Positions 27,287 through 39,947 are shown, counted from the whole stretch's first letter. The stretch: 63,872 nucleotides of DNA, filler included, from Octopus bimaculoides (GCF_001194135.2; 6 parts of 6 records of this genome joined end to end with filler, not necessarily neighbours in it); one strand, 5' to 3'. Numbers and translations: made by a program. The notes: generated by a model from the sequence alone, not told the origin.

Positions 27287-27298
27287 TTAATTAATTAA
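27287..27298. other. Assembly linker TTAATTAATTAA inside an N-run (also at 37021, 45087, 61241 and 62800)
   Basis: Identical 12-mer with stops in all six frames, centred in 100-nt placeholder gaps. Technical, not biological. Confidence 0.9.
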
Positions 27299-27339
27299 NN
27301 NNNNNNNNNNNNNNNNNNNNNNNNNNNNNNNNNNNNNNN

Positions 27340-27430
27340 NNNTATGATAGAAGACATTTACTCAGGATGCAATTTAGTAGGATTGAACTCAAACCATGTG
27401 GTTGGGAAGCAAATTTCTTACCAAAGAGCC
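27340..27430 (-). mobile_element. SINE-A 5' fragment
   Basis: AACCATGTGGTTGGGAAGCAAATTTCTTACCA is the reverse complement of the SINE-A head. Confidence 0.7.
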
Positions 27431-27514
27431 TTGTCTGTATCTCAAACATACCTTCACATAAATAGAGAGAAATACTGATGTTGATTATTTATATGAGTAA
27501 CGAGGCTAGGAGAA

Positions 27515-27738
27515 AAGGCGACGAGCTAGCAGAATTGTTAGCACACCGGGCGAAATGCTTAGCGGTATTTCGTCTGCCGGTATTTCGTTCCGAGTTCAAA
27601 TTCCGCCACGATCGACTTTGCCTTTTATCTTTTCGGGGTCGATTAAATAAGTAATAGTTATGCACTGTGGTTGAGGTACTCGACTTAACCCCTTGTTTGT
27701 CCCCTCTATGTTTAGCCCCTGTTGGCAATAAAGAATTA
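27515..27738 (+). mobile_element. SINE-B, long-tail subfamily
   Basis: B head and core plus tail CCTTGTTTGTCCCCTCTATGTTTAGCCCCTGTTGGCAATAAAGAA, as at 29676 and 39256. Confidence 0.85.
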
Positions 27739-29027
27739 AAAATACTAGGGGAAATACTGCAGTGGAGATATTCAGCATACTCAATTCACAGTTGTCTTGT
27801 AAGTACAAGGATAATCTCGACTAATTGCAGATCATTCAACTCAAATTGAAGAAATCCTTACTATACTAGTATGTGTATTTAGTATACAGACCACTACCCA
27901 GGGGGATTTTACTGTGCTCCCGTTGCTGATATACGTTGATGCAATAACCACATACTGGAAGGAAACTAATGCATCAATTTTATATTTTGTGCTTTTATAT
28001 TATTTAAAACATGTTTTTCTTAAATACATTTGCCTGAAAGCAGTGAGTTAATATCCTTGGCTAAAATAATGTTTCTGTATCCGTTATGAAGGTGTCAAAA
28101 AAAATGTTTCGCTCCTTATATGTGTGTGAGTGTGTCTATGTGAATATGTATGGGTTTGCGTGTGAGTGTATCTATATACATATATATATATATATATATG
28201 CATGTATGTATGTATATATATATATNNNNNNNNNNNNNNNNNNNNNNNNNNNNNNNNNNNNNNNNNNNNNNNNNNNNNNNNNNNNNNNNNNNNNNNNNNN
28301 NNNNNNNNNNNNNNNNNNNNNNNNNNNNNNNNNNNNNNNNNNNNNNNNNNNNNNNNNNNNNNNNNNNNNNNNNNNNNNNNNNNNNNNNNNNNNNNNNNNN
28401 NNNNNNNNNNNNNNNNNNNNNNNNNNNNNNNNNNNNNNNNNNNNNNNNNNNNNNNNNNNNNNNNNNNNNNNNNNNNNNNNNNNNNNNNNNNNNNNNNNNN
28501 NNNNNNNNNNNNNNNNNNNNNNNNNNNNNNNNNNNNNNNNNNNNNNNNNNNNNNNNNNNNNNNNNNNNNNNNNNNNNNNNNNNNNNNNNNNNNNNNNNNN
28601 NNNNNNNNNNNNNNNNNNNNNNNNNNNNNNNNNNNNNNNNNNNNNNNNNNNNNNNNNNNNNNNNNNNNNNNNNNNNNNNNNNNNNNNNNNNNNNNNNNNN
28701 NNNNNNNNNNNNNNNNNNNNNNNNNNNNNNNNNNNNNNNNNNNNNNNNNNNNNNNNNNNNNNNNNNNNNNNNNNNNNNNNNNNNNNNNNNNNNNNNNNNN
28801 NNNNNNNNNNNNNNNNNNNNNNNNNNNNNNNNNNNNNNNNNNNNNNNNNNNNNNNNNNNNNNNNNNNNNNNNNNNNNNNNNNNNNNNNNNNNNNNNNNNN
28901 NNNNNNNNNNNNNNNNNNNNNNNNNNNNNNNNNNNNNNNNNNNNNNNNNNNNNNNNNNNNNNNNNNNNNNNNNNNNNNNNNNNNNNNNNNNNNNNNNNNN
29001 NNNNNNNNNNNNNNNNNNNNNNNNNNN

Positions 29028-29069
<42 letters not shown>

Positions 29070-29084
29070 ATATGTTTGTGTGCC

Positions 29085-29276
29085 TGTGTTTGTCCCCAAC
29101 ATCGCTTGACAACCGATGCTGATGTGTTTACGTCCCCGTAACTTAGCGGTTCGGCAAAAGAGACCGATGAAATAAGTACTGGGCTTACAAAGAATAAGTC
29201 CTGGGGTCGATTTGCTCGACTAAAAGCGGTGCTCCAGCATGGCCGCAGTCAAATGACTGAAACAAGCAAAAGAGAA
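29085..29276 (+). mobile_element. SINE-A 3' half
   Basis: GTGTTTACGTCCCCGTAACTTAGCGGTTCGGCAAAAGAGACCGATGAAATAAGTACT...CCAGCATGGCCGCAGTCAAATGACTGAAAC, preceded by (TG)n and a gap. Confidence 0.9.
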
Positions 29277-29646
29277 AATACTTCTTACTTGGGGTAACGT
29301 TCTAATAAGTATTAATAACTTACTGTTTTGCTTGAATTCAGTTTTTCTGTCTTCGTTGTTCTAACCTTCCTATGTTATCACATAGTTACGGCAGGAAATG
29401 TCACTCTCTCCGTGACAATGTTCTGTCTGCAAAATTCCAACTTCTCTATTTTCTGTTTAATTTAATATGTAATGTTGACAGTTAAAAGGAAGTTTCTTCA
29501 TTGCTTCATTTTAAACGATTGCTTTATTTAGCCCCCGTAATGATTAATCTATTTATTAATACTATTCTGCATGCTGCGATATGCGTTCGAGTGTTACGCC
29601 TTTGATAAGGTACGGGCCAAGATGGAAACGTAATGAAAATCCCATC

Positions 29647-30210
29647 AGGTGTGACCGTGTGGAAAGAAGCATGCTGGGGAGCTGGCAGAAACGTTAGCAT
29701 ATCGGGCGAAATGCTTAACGGTATTTCGTCTGCCGTTACGTTCTGAGTTCAAATTCCGCCGAGGTCGACTTTACCTTTCATCCTTTCGGGGTCGATAAAT
29801 TAAGTACCAGTTACGCACTGGGATCGATGTAATCGACTTAATCTCCTTGTCTGTCCTTGTTTGTTCCCTCTATGTTTAGCCCCTTGTGGTCAATAAAGAC
29901 ATAAGAAGCATGCTTCCCAACCACACAGTTCCTGGTTCAGTCCCACTGGGTAGCACCTCGAGAAGGTGTCTTCTACAAAGCCTGTTGTGTGGATTTGGTA
30001 GACAGAAACTGAAAGAAGCCCGTCATATATGTATATGTGCGTGGGGGGGGTGATTAACAACCTGTGTTGATGTGTTTACATCCCCGTAATCTAGCGGTTC
30101 AGCAAAAAGAGAGCGATAGAATAAGTACTAGGCTTAAGGAAAAAATTCTTCAATACGGTGCCTTAGCATGGCTGCAGTCTAACGACTGAAACAAATAGTA
30201 GCAAAAAGAT
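29647..30210 (+). mobile_element. SINE-A interrupted by a long-tail SINE-B (29676-29902) with a 12-bp TSD
   Basis: AAGAAGCATGCT at 29664-29675 and 29903-29914 flanks the B copy. The A head resumes TCCCAACCAC at 29915. Confidence 0.9.
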
Positions 30211-30224
30211 AACAGATAAATGTT

Positions 30225-31210
30225 TCTAATGTAGACGCAAAGTCAGATATTTTGAAAGGGAAGGCAGTTAGAAGATATCATTGAATCCAGTATTTGACTG
30301 GTGTTTCTACCTTGTAGACAAACGGTAAAGCTGATTGCAACAGGTATAGAAGCCAGAATGTAAAGAGCCTAAAAAAATACTGTTAGACATTTTTTTCTCC
30401 GACGCTCCAATGACTCTTGTCTTACGGTGCCTTATTGAAATTTGATACTATGATTTCAGATTCAGACACAGAGCCTGCAATTTTGAGGTGGGGGTGAGTT
30501 GCTTATATTACATCGACGTCAGTACTTGACTGATATTTTATTTTATCGACCTGGAAGTCCGAAAGAGAAGCTCACCTCGGCTGGATTTAAACTTAGAATA
30601 TAGAGAGCCAGAAGGAAAGCTGCAAGCATTTTACGACGCTCCAGTGATACTATCAGCTTGCTGCATCTAATGGCTTATGATTTAGGTTGAAAACCTGTAT
30701 TTTGGAGGAGGTGGTTAAGTCGATACACTCCTCCTCATTATTTGACTGATAATTTAAGTTGATCTTAGTGGGGTTTGAACTCAGAACGTAATGAGCTAGA
30801 AGAAATGCTTTAATGTATATTTTACCCGATGCTCTAACGATTCTTACCAGCTGACTGTCCTATCGAAATCTAATATCGTAAAACAAGTTCGAGCATTGCT
30901 CTTTAAACAATTCTAAGTATAGAAAGAAAATGAAGACACTATCAGCTCCATATTCATTTCATAAAACTTTAAATATAATCTGGCTTCTTATATGGAAATC
31001 TAGTAACGTTAGAAAAACGTCGGACAGATTTTGCAGTTTCTCTCTTTGCGTTGCGAATTCAAATCTCGCCGGGGTGAAATTTGCTTTCATCATTTCGGAG
31101 TCGAATAAAACAAAAAAAGTACCAACCCCAAAGCAAAAATGTAATAACGTTGGACCGGGCGCCATGGGTTATTTGTTCCGTCTCTTTGCGCTCTAAATTT
31201 AAATCACTCC
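30225..31210. mobile_element. Cluster of old SINE-B copies: three tandem minus copies (~30225-30434, 30450-30668, 30675-30865) and plus-strand remnants (~31000-31210)
   Basis: Degenerate matches to the B core (TTTATCGACC, GGATTTGAACTCAGAACGTA, GAAATGCT, CTAACGATTC..CCAGCT). Confidence 0.65.
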
Positions 31211-34200
31211 ATCGTCTACGTGACGATAGTCTTAACCCATTGCACGTTGGGGACCTTTAGCGGAATTCACTCTGTTGCAAGTATTTGGGGCAAGGTCCCC
31301 GGTTTTATGATATCTCCCTCCCACCAGGTTCTGAGGGTCTGTAGCAGGTTATGAGTAATGCACCTCTCCTTACTAAAAGATAAAAAGACATTGTGACTTT
31401 CAAACTTCATGTTGTCTTTTTAGAGAATTCCAAAACTGTCATATTTGTGTGTGTGTGTCTCTGTGTGTGTGCGTGCGTGTGTGTATACGTATATATTTAT
31501 ATACGGATATATGCGTGTGTGTGTGTGTGTGTGTATGTGTGACTAAAATAAGCACTCTTGGACACAGCGAATTTCACCGTGAAATAACAAGTGATCACGC
31601 ACTTCATCGCTTTGTTTGCACAACTGTCCGAATAATCTGTCATTTGAAGAATTATTTTTGACTTTGTTAATTGCTATAATGATATATTGCAGTGAATGGT
31701 GTAAACGATTACTAAGGTTTTTGCAATTAAATGCCGTTGATGAATCACGTTAGGCACTGCACAGATTATTAAAGCGTGCATTGAATTCCCTGTGACAGCG
31801 CAGCCTAAACGGAGCTGCATCTGTTGCAGCTGTTATCATGTTTGTAATTATATTTGGAAAAAAGAATCACATTAAAAAAATTCCTCAAGGGATACAGACT
31901 TTCCTTGACCAAACGTTTAGCGAATAATAACTCAAGTTATTTCCTTTATATACAGCACCTAAGTTAAAACAGTATGTCTTCCTTTCTTTGTTGAAGGAAT
32001 AACATCGAATTATAACGAAAATTAGGAAATGCCATAAAAAGATGTATAATGTGTTTTTCATGTCGGCACATTTCGTCAGTTCTTCTTCGTAATGCATTAT
32101 TGATTAAAGGAATTTTATTGATTGGGTCAGTCACTGATTTACTCAACCTACACTGATACAATAACAGCAGAAAGAATCAGTTCTTTGTCAACAGTTTGTC
32201 CTTTCTGGATTTGGCATTCATTATTTAAATTGCAGTTTTATGTTTTGTCCAGTACAATAAGTATTTAACAAAATATAAAAAGATAATGAATCTTCACCAT
32301 CGAATGCAATGCAAAGCATTCATGTTGATTTTAAAGGTTCCCATTTTTGGAGGACAAATTATACAGCTACAAATCACGCCTAGTATCAAGCAGTGAATGG
32401 TGAAACGCAAAGATAGTAGTCGGAATAATCTAGGCAAAGAAAATAATATGGCGTAACTAAGTAGGGCAATCAATTCTGCCACCCACTGAACCTGCATAAA
32501 TATTAATTATTCAACCGTTTGGGATAATTCATCGCCTTAGTTGCCATATTTGCATGTCTTAAAGGAAATGATTATTCATAATATGCTGAAAATTATTGTA
32601 TTCGGAAAGAATGCCTTTCGGCGTTTTGCGTAGGAGAAATCGATAATTTCTTTTGTACTTTTGACGAAATAATGCCACATAGTTAATACTGTGTATGAAG
32701 TGAAACATATGAGGATCAGCTTATAATCATTGTTATTAGAATGTAGTTGCTTGTTAGGAATCTAGGGGAAACAATCGTACTCTTGGTTGAACAAGGCAGA
32801 TCTGTAAAGCAGATAAATAAGTCACGAGTAAATATTGTGAAATTTCATAGTGGTTGAATAAAAGATGTATTCGATATATGGTTTATATAAAGATCGTGTG
32901 AGAAGTTGGATTAAATATATAACCGCTCTTTAATTTAGTGAAAACTAGAAATAATTAAGCAGTAGAATAAGAAGTGTACAAGCCATTGACCAGACGAAAA
33001 TATGTCTGGAATGGCTAGAGAACAGTCCAGACATATTTCGGTCTTATAAAGTGCTCATCAGTAAAGAATAGATTACACCGTGCTTGACGAAGAAGTGATG
33101 GAAGACTCATTTAGTAAATTTAGAAAATTATACACTGTTTGGCATTGATAAATTTAATTCCACAGAGAATACATTGCTATAATCAGTAACTGCTGCTACA
33201 TATCCATAATCAGGCTATACTTAAAGTACAGCATCTATATGCAGGGGGTAATAAGAAGATATGACTCGCAGACGTGGGTTGTATTTGTACTGCAAATTCT
33301 TTCGATGTTTTTGTGCTGCATTTATCACATTCTGTGGGTGTTTACCAGTTCTTTACCTAAAACAATATTTGTCTCCTATATATGCAAGAAAACAAATTAT
33401 CCACTTCCATCTAATATATGTATCAGTATGAAGTGCATGATGTATAATCTACGATGTAGTGATTGTATTATTTACAAAGATCATCGTCATAAGGTTTATT
33501 AAAATCAGTCCATTCCTCTTAAAGTGATATTTGTTTCGAAGTTGAGAAGTTCTGAGACAAAAATAAATCGAAGCTTAAAGAACAAAATTGAAATAATGTC
33601 AATATGTCTGAAGAAAAGTATTCCAATACTGCCAATCTACCTGTATCGAAAAATCACATATTACGACTTTGTTGCAAATGTCACTGACGTCCACATATAG
33701 CAACTACATCGCCCTTCTCCAACCTGACAAAATTTTTGTCAATTTTCCCTGTAAAACTTTTACAGTAGTTAGACATCTGAATCTTCAAACTTGGTTATTT
33801 CTGCTTTAGTTGCAGTCACCTTGGCTCGAAGTAACATAGTTTTAATTACGGTGTGACATACGTTTGAAGCATTGTAGCACATGAAATCAAAATTCAATAT
33901 GATGATACGATTTGAAGCAAAAGCTGAATTTTTTTAATGAGATTTCACGTGAGAGATCTTTTTTAAATGTAACAGAGCATAATAAAAAATGTAACTCTGC
34001 CGTCGGATTTGGGTTAAATGACTACATATATCTATCAAGTATATAAACAAACGCTGTATCAAACCATTATGCTTGTGTGCCGTTAAGTAAAATTCTAAGA
34101 ACGGTAAATACATGAAGAGAATCGGTCGGAAATGACATAAAAGTCAATTCTCTCCTGATGTTGGTTATTCAATTGTCACGCACACATTTAATCAAACGTT

Positions 34201-34569
34201 TGACAGATGCCAAAGGATGGATGATTTGTCTAGAAATTATTATACGAGAATACTTGTGTCTTGTATGTGGAATGAAATTCTTAGTTACGGACAAGGAAGA
34301 AAGCAAGTTTTATTTTGGAATGTTATACATACAACTATTTACATAAATACAAATACATACTTGAACATAAATGCACACACACACATAATTTCTGTTGCAT
34401 AGTAACTCAATATATTTGATATCGTGCGCTGAAACTGAAGCAGTTCATCATGGTTGAACCATTTTTTAGATACCTAGGACAAACGAAATGCTTTAAAACA
34501 CAGTTCTCAAGTATTTCTTGAGATGCCAAAATTGTTGTCGCTCAAATGCAACCAGGTCAGCAGCACTTT

Positions 34570-34635
<66 letters not shown>

Positions 34636-34689
34636 CATGCATACACTCAAATAGATATCGATTTAAAATTAGTTTTGTCGATATATATA

Positions 34690-34860
34690 TAGTTGGAATT
34701 TACAAAAAAAAAAGACGAAGTCAGGTGTATAAACAACAAACGGGTGTATTAGTTTAACGCTGGTGAAGGTGAAAAAGTCTTTTACGTTTCGAGCCTACGC
34801 TCTTCGACAGAAAGGAACACGAGAAAATAAACAGAGAGAAAATAAAAAAAAGTTTAGTGG
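34690..34860 (-). mobile_element. Penelope-like pseudo-LTR fragment with a hammerhead-like motif
   Basis: Minus strand TTT-CTGTCGA-A-GAGC-GTAG-GCTC-GAAACGT...AGCGTT-AAA. The same family occurs at 39690-39795 and 45615-45685. The Penelope assignment is inferred from the known PLE-hammerhead association. Confidence 0.6.
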
Positions 34861-36940
34861 CTAGCCGTCGATCATGGCGATGGCTAGGCATAGAGATACT
34901 TCATGTTTGATGCTTGAGGCTCTGATAGAACTGTAAGTTCTTACTCAGGCACTCAGCCATGAGTTCACTGGAAACAGGAGTGAGCTAATGAAGTTTGTAA
35001 GATATCGTTTATTCCTTTGCCATCTCATTTTTATGTGTATAACATATAAATGCGCGCGCGTGCATCTTTTCATGCTCTAGAAAATCGTCTGAAGAGGAAT
35101 CGCAATGTTACGTGAATAACAACACAATTTAATGTCCCAAGATGAGAAAATGGTTGTAAAACCATTGCACTGAATCCATCTCAGAAAATATATTAAAAAT
35201 ACATCGCACTATAAAAAATACTATAAATTGTTTTGCTTACGAAATTATGATACCTTTCGAAACTTCTACTTAGAGAAGCTGTAAATTTTTGATAACTAAT
35301 CTTAGAAGGCGATCTGTAAATCCATGTTTATGGGAACTCGTATAAATTTCGACAATTTTAGAAACTAAAAATCGGATACGTATATATGCATAAAAGAATT
35401 ATTGTCTAGAAATAAAGTGTTTGGTGTCACATTTTAATTCCCCACTCTGTTCCTTTCTCCAGTTATGTCTCTTCTGTTTATATTTTTATTTCTTCCAGCT
35501 TATTAATTTTTTATTTTTAAATATTTCATTTTTGTTCCTGTAGTTAATTTTATTCTTCTTTGCCTTCAACATTCTTGCTAACACCTACACGCACCCTCCT
35601 CCGATTGCATGTTCGTGCAGAAAACAATTCAGCTGACCTGGATTTGCTGCGAACTCTCATCATAGAATATTTCCACTCATATTGTACAGGTCACACTTTT
35701 TTTAATTTTTCATTTCTATTCTTGAGTCTGAGGTAATAAAAAACACTATGTCAACACGTCAACGCAGAGATATCTTTTGTGATGACGACTATGATATTAG
35801 TTTAGTCTTATTCATTCCCTACTGTATCTCTCGACATATATACACACACATACATACACACACACACACAAATACATATATATATATATACATACACATA
35901 CACACACACACACATATATGTATATATATATACATATATTTACACATATATATATATGCATATATANNNNNNNNNNNNNNNNNNNNNNNNNNNNNNNNNN
36001 NNNNNNNNNNNNNNNNNNNNNNNNNNNNNNNNNNNNNNNNNNNNNNNNNNNNNNNNNNNNNNNNNNNNNNNNNNNNNNNNNNNNNNNNNNNNNNNNNNNN
36101 NNNNNNNNNNNNNNNNNNNNNNNNNNNNNNNNNNNNNNNNNNNNNNNNNNNNNNNNNNNNNNNNNNNNNNNNNNNNNNNNNNNNNNNNNNNNNNNNNNNN
36201 NNNNNNNNNNNNNNNNNNNNNNNNNNNNNNNNNNNNNNNNNNNNNNNNNNNNNNNNNNNNNNNNNNNNNNNNNNNNNNNNNNNNNNNNNNNNNNNNNNNN
36301 NNNNNNNNNNNNNNNNNNNNNNNNNNNNNNNNNNNNNNNNNNNNNNNNNNNNNNNNNNNNNNNNNNNNNNNNNNNNNNNNNNNNNNNNNNNNNNNNNNNN
36401 NNNNNNNNNNNNNNNNNNNNNNNNNNNNNNNNNNNNNNNNNNNNNNNNNNNNNNNNNNNNNNNNNNNNNNNNNNNNNNNNATAGATAGATAGATAGATAG
36501 ACAAATCCCTTATTGTGTGTTTTCAGTTTTTCTCCGGCATGCAGGTGTGACTGTACCCCATTCTCCCCACCCCCAGTCACCCTCCATCCCTCAAAAACGA
36601 AAAGGAAAAAAAAAAAAGAAAAGAAAGAGAGAAATGTCTCGGAACTTATCTCCAGTTGTATGTAACATACAGATAACCAGAGGGGAAATACGTGAGCGTT
36701 ACTAAAGATTATCGCAAGGGAGGACATAATTTTTTTACTGTTGGAGGATACCTGTATGCACACACACACACCCACACGCGCGCGCACACACTATTGTACT
36801 GGTTATGTGCGTGAGCATGATTGTGTGTGTACGCGCGCTCAGTGAAAAGCAATCGATAGATAAAAGGTTAATTTCCCATAGGTGGTCCTATCCAATATTC
36901 TATTGCACGCTGTGCTTGCTTAACGTATATAAACCCTTAC

Positions 36941-36976
<36 letters not shown>

Positions 36977-37124
36977 NNNNNNNNNNNNNNNNNNNNNNNN
37001 NNNNNNNNNNNNNNNNNNNNTTAATTAATTAANNNNNNNNNNNNNNNNNNNNNNNNNNNNNNNNNNNNNNNNNNNNATAACAAAAAAACAACAAAGTGAA
37101 GGTTTGGAAGTGATGTACAGGTAT

Positions 37125-37381
37125 TATATATTACAAAAAATAAGGTACTCAGAGATCTGGATGGTTGTACATTTACAGATTATTAATGTGTCACCTTTTT
37201 ATAAATCATATATTAGCGTTTGCATCTACTCTAATAGATTCCTCAGATTTAAATCTGAAGAATCTATTAGAGTAGATGCAAGCGCTAATATATTATTTCT
37301 AAAAACATGTGACACATTAATAAAAATCTGTAAATGTACAACCATCCAGATCTCTGAGTACCTTATTTTTTCTAATATATA
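37125..37381. repeat. 257-bp spacer-less imperfect palindrome (foldback)
   Basis: Centre CAGATTT|AAATCTG at 37250/37251. The 126-nt and 131-nt arms are reverse complements with a few mismatches and indels. Confidence 0.95.
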
Positions 37382-37421
37382 TGCACATATACCCACAGAC
37401 TCAGACACACATACACACACA

Positions 37422-37453
<32 letters not shown>

Positions 37454-37660
37454 TGCAAACAAGCACACACACACACACACACATGCACACATTAAAAGAA
37501 GATGCTTTCCTTCACAATCTTGCTATCATCAAAATTTACTCTAAAATTATGGAGAAAGGGAACATACATACATACACACACACATATACACACACATACA
37601 TCGATACACATGCAAACACATACATTCATACATACATATACACACATACACAAACACACA

Positions 37661-37692
<32 letters not shown>

Positions 37693-37882
37693 CACACACA
37701 TACTCACATACATACATATATACATACATACTCACATACATATCATACATCCTTATCTTTTGTTTCATTCATTTGACTGCGGCCATGCTGGAGCACCACC
37801 TTTGATATATATACATATACCTATACATACATACATACGTACATATATACGTACATACATACATACAAACATACATTTACAA

Positions 37883-37943
<61 letters not shown>

Positions 37944-38190
37944 NNNNNNNNNNNNNNNNNNNNNNNNNNNNNNNNNNNNNNNNNNNNNNNNNNNNNNNNN
38001 NNNNNNNNNNNNNNNNNNNNNNNNNNNNNNNNNNNNNNNNNNNNNNNNNNNNNNNNNNNNNNNNNNNNNNNNNNNNNNNNNNNNNNNNNNNNNNNNNNNN
38101 NNNNNNNNNNNNNNNNNNNNNNNNNNNNNNNNNNNNNNNNNNNNNNNNNNNNNNNNNNNNNNNNNNNNNNNNNNNNNNNNNNNNNNNNNN

Positions 38191-38244
<54 letters not shown>

Positions 38245-38809
38245 ACGAAGAAGACGGGATTAAAAGTGGAACACTTGAACAGACATTGATGGTAGAAGGA
38301 AGATTTTTCATTCTAATGGGAACCTAATTGAGAGTCTGGAATGTGGGAGTGGTACTAGATCCTGGGAAAGAGAGTGGGGAGGAAGAAAGAGAGAGAGAGA
38401 GAGAGAGGGGAAAGAGGGGAGGCAGAGGGGAAGGAGGGAGAATGGGAAAGGAGGATGACAGAGAGGGACAGAGAGTGGGCATTGATGGTGATGTTGATTC
38501 TACAGAGGTGGGGGTATAGCTTCCCCGCTTCTACGAGGACAAAAATTCTAAAATAAAAAAAATAAAAAAACAATAGCAGGTCACTAGAAAGGGATGTGAG
38601 AAGTTTGGCGGCGTAGGGGACCAAACTTCGGGCAAGAGCTGGTACGATAAATAGCGAGTTTATTGTAATATAGTGCTTAGGGGAACTACAATTCGTCAGT
38701 AAAGGGGGGGGGGGTAAAAAAATGGGATAGAAAGAAGCAATAAGTCAAGACTACAATGAAAGTAAGAACAGGCAGAGTATACCGGATAAAACACATACAA
38801 ACTAACAAG

Positions 38810-39188
38810 TTGTTGTTGGCACTCCGTCGCTTACGACGTCGAGGGTTCCAGTTGATCCGATCAACGGAACAGCCTGCTCGTGAAATTAACGTGCAAGTGG
38901 CTGAGCACTCCACAGACACCTTTAACGTAGTTCTCGGGGATATTCAGCGTGACTCAGTGTGACAAGGTTGACCCTTTGAATTACAGGCACAACAGAAACA
39001 GGAAGAAAGAGTGAGAGAAAGTTGTGGTGGAAGAGTACAGCAGGGTTCGCCACCATCCCCCTGCCGGAGACTGGTGGAGCTTTAGGTGTTTTCGCTCAAT
39101 AAACACTCACAACGCCCGGTCTGGGAATCGAAACCGTGATCCTATGACCGCGAGTCCGCTGCCCTAACCACTGGGACATTGTGCCTCC
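38810..39188 (-). mobile_element. SINE family C, full length
   Basis: Minus strand starts GGAGGCACAATGTCCCAGTGGTTAGGGCAGCGGACTCGCGGTCATAGGATCACGGTTTCGATTCCCAGACC (tRNA-like A and B boxes) and ends GCCAACAACAAC. Confidence 0.9.
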
Positions 39189-39227
39189 ACAAACACACAA
39201 GAACAAAAGAGGAACCAGAAAAGTGAA

Positions 39228-39630
39228 CACGCAGAAATGGTTGTGTGGTAAGAAGGCAGCGAGCTGGCAGAAACGTTAGCACGCCGGGCGAAATGCTTCG
39301 CTGTATTTCGTCTGCCGCTACGTTCTGAGTTCAAATTCCGCCGAGGTCGACTTTGCCTTTCATCCTTTCGGAGTCAATAAATTAAGTTACCAGTAACGCA
39401 CTGGGTCGATGTAATCGACTTAATCTCCTTGTCTATCCTTGTTTGTCCCCTCTATGTTTAGCCCCTTGTGGGCAATAAAGAAATAAGAAGCTTTCTTCCC
39501 AGCTACATGGTTCTGGGTTCAGTTCCACTGCGTGCACCTTGGGCGACTGCTTTCTACTATAACCTCGGGCCGACCGAAGCGTTGGGAGAGTGGATTTGGT
39601 AGGCGGAAACTGAAAGAAGATCGTCATATA
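39228..39630 (+). mobile_element. SINE-A 5' half interrupted by a long-tail SINE-B (39256-39483) with a 7-bp TSD
   Basis: TAAGAAG at 39249-39255 and 39484-39490. The A head resumes CTTTCTTCCCAGCTACATGG. Confidence 0.85.
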
Positions 39631-39655
39631 TATATATATATATGTGTGTGTATGT

Positions 39656-39689
<34 letters not shown>

Positions 39690-39947
39690 AGGCTCGAAAC
39701 GTTAAAGACTTTCTCTATTCCCGAGCGTTATACTAATACATCCATTTGTTGTTTACACCACCTGTCTTCGTCTGTTGTATTTTCGTGAACGCTTAGTTTT
39801 AGAATGGTGGCAGCTGATGAAGGAAATGTTCTCTATGTGGCCTGTGTGTTTTCTGTACTCTGTTTATCATTCTGTCCACGTTCTTTTTTTTACAACGTCC
39901 TGTACCCAGATATGCATCTAGATATACATGTAGATGTAAGTATGAAC
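39690..39947 (+). mobile_element. Two adjacent Penelope-like repeat fragments (39690-39795 and 39796-39947)
   Basis: The first matches the 34690 family (GGCTCGAAACGT...AGCGTTATACTAATAC). The second (CAGCTGATGAAGG...GTCCTGTACCC...ACATGTAGATGTAAGTATG) recurs inverted at 42735-42880. Confidence 0.5.

Noticed and set aside
32294-32430. IHVDFKG and NGETQR peptides resembling Gypsy integrase motifs
   Set aside because: The motifs are about 20 aa apart, far closer than in real integrases, contain a stop, and have no LTR or RT context.
39786-39830. GAAACG...CAGCTGATGAAGG order (also 42860-42900) as a type II hammerhead
   Set aside because: Stems I and III cannot be paired convincingly.
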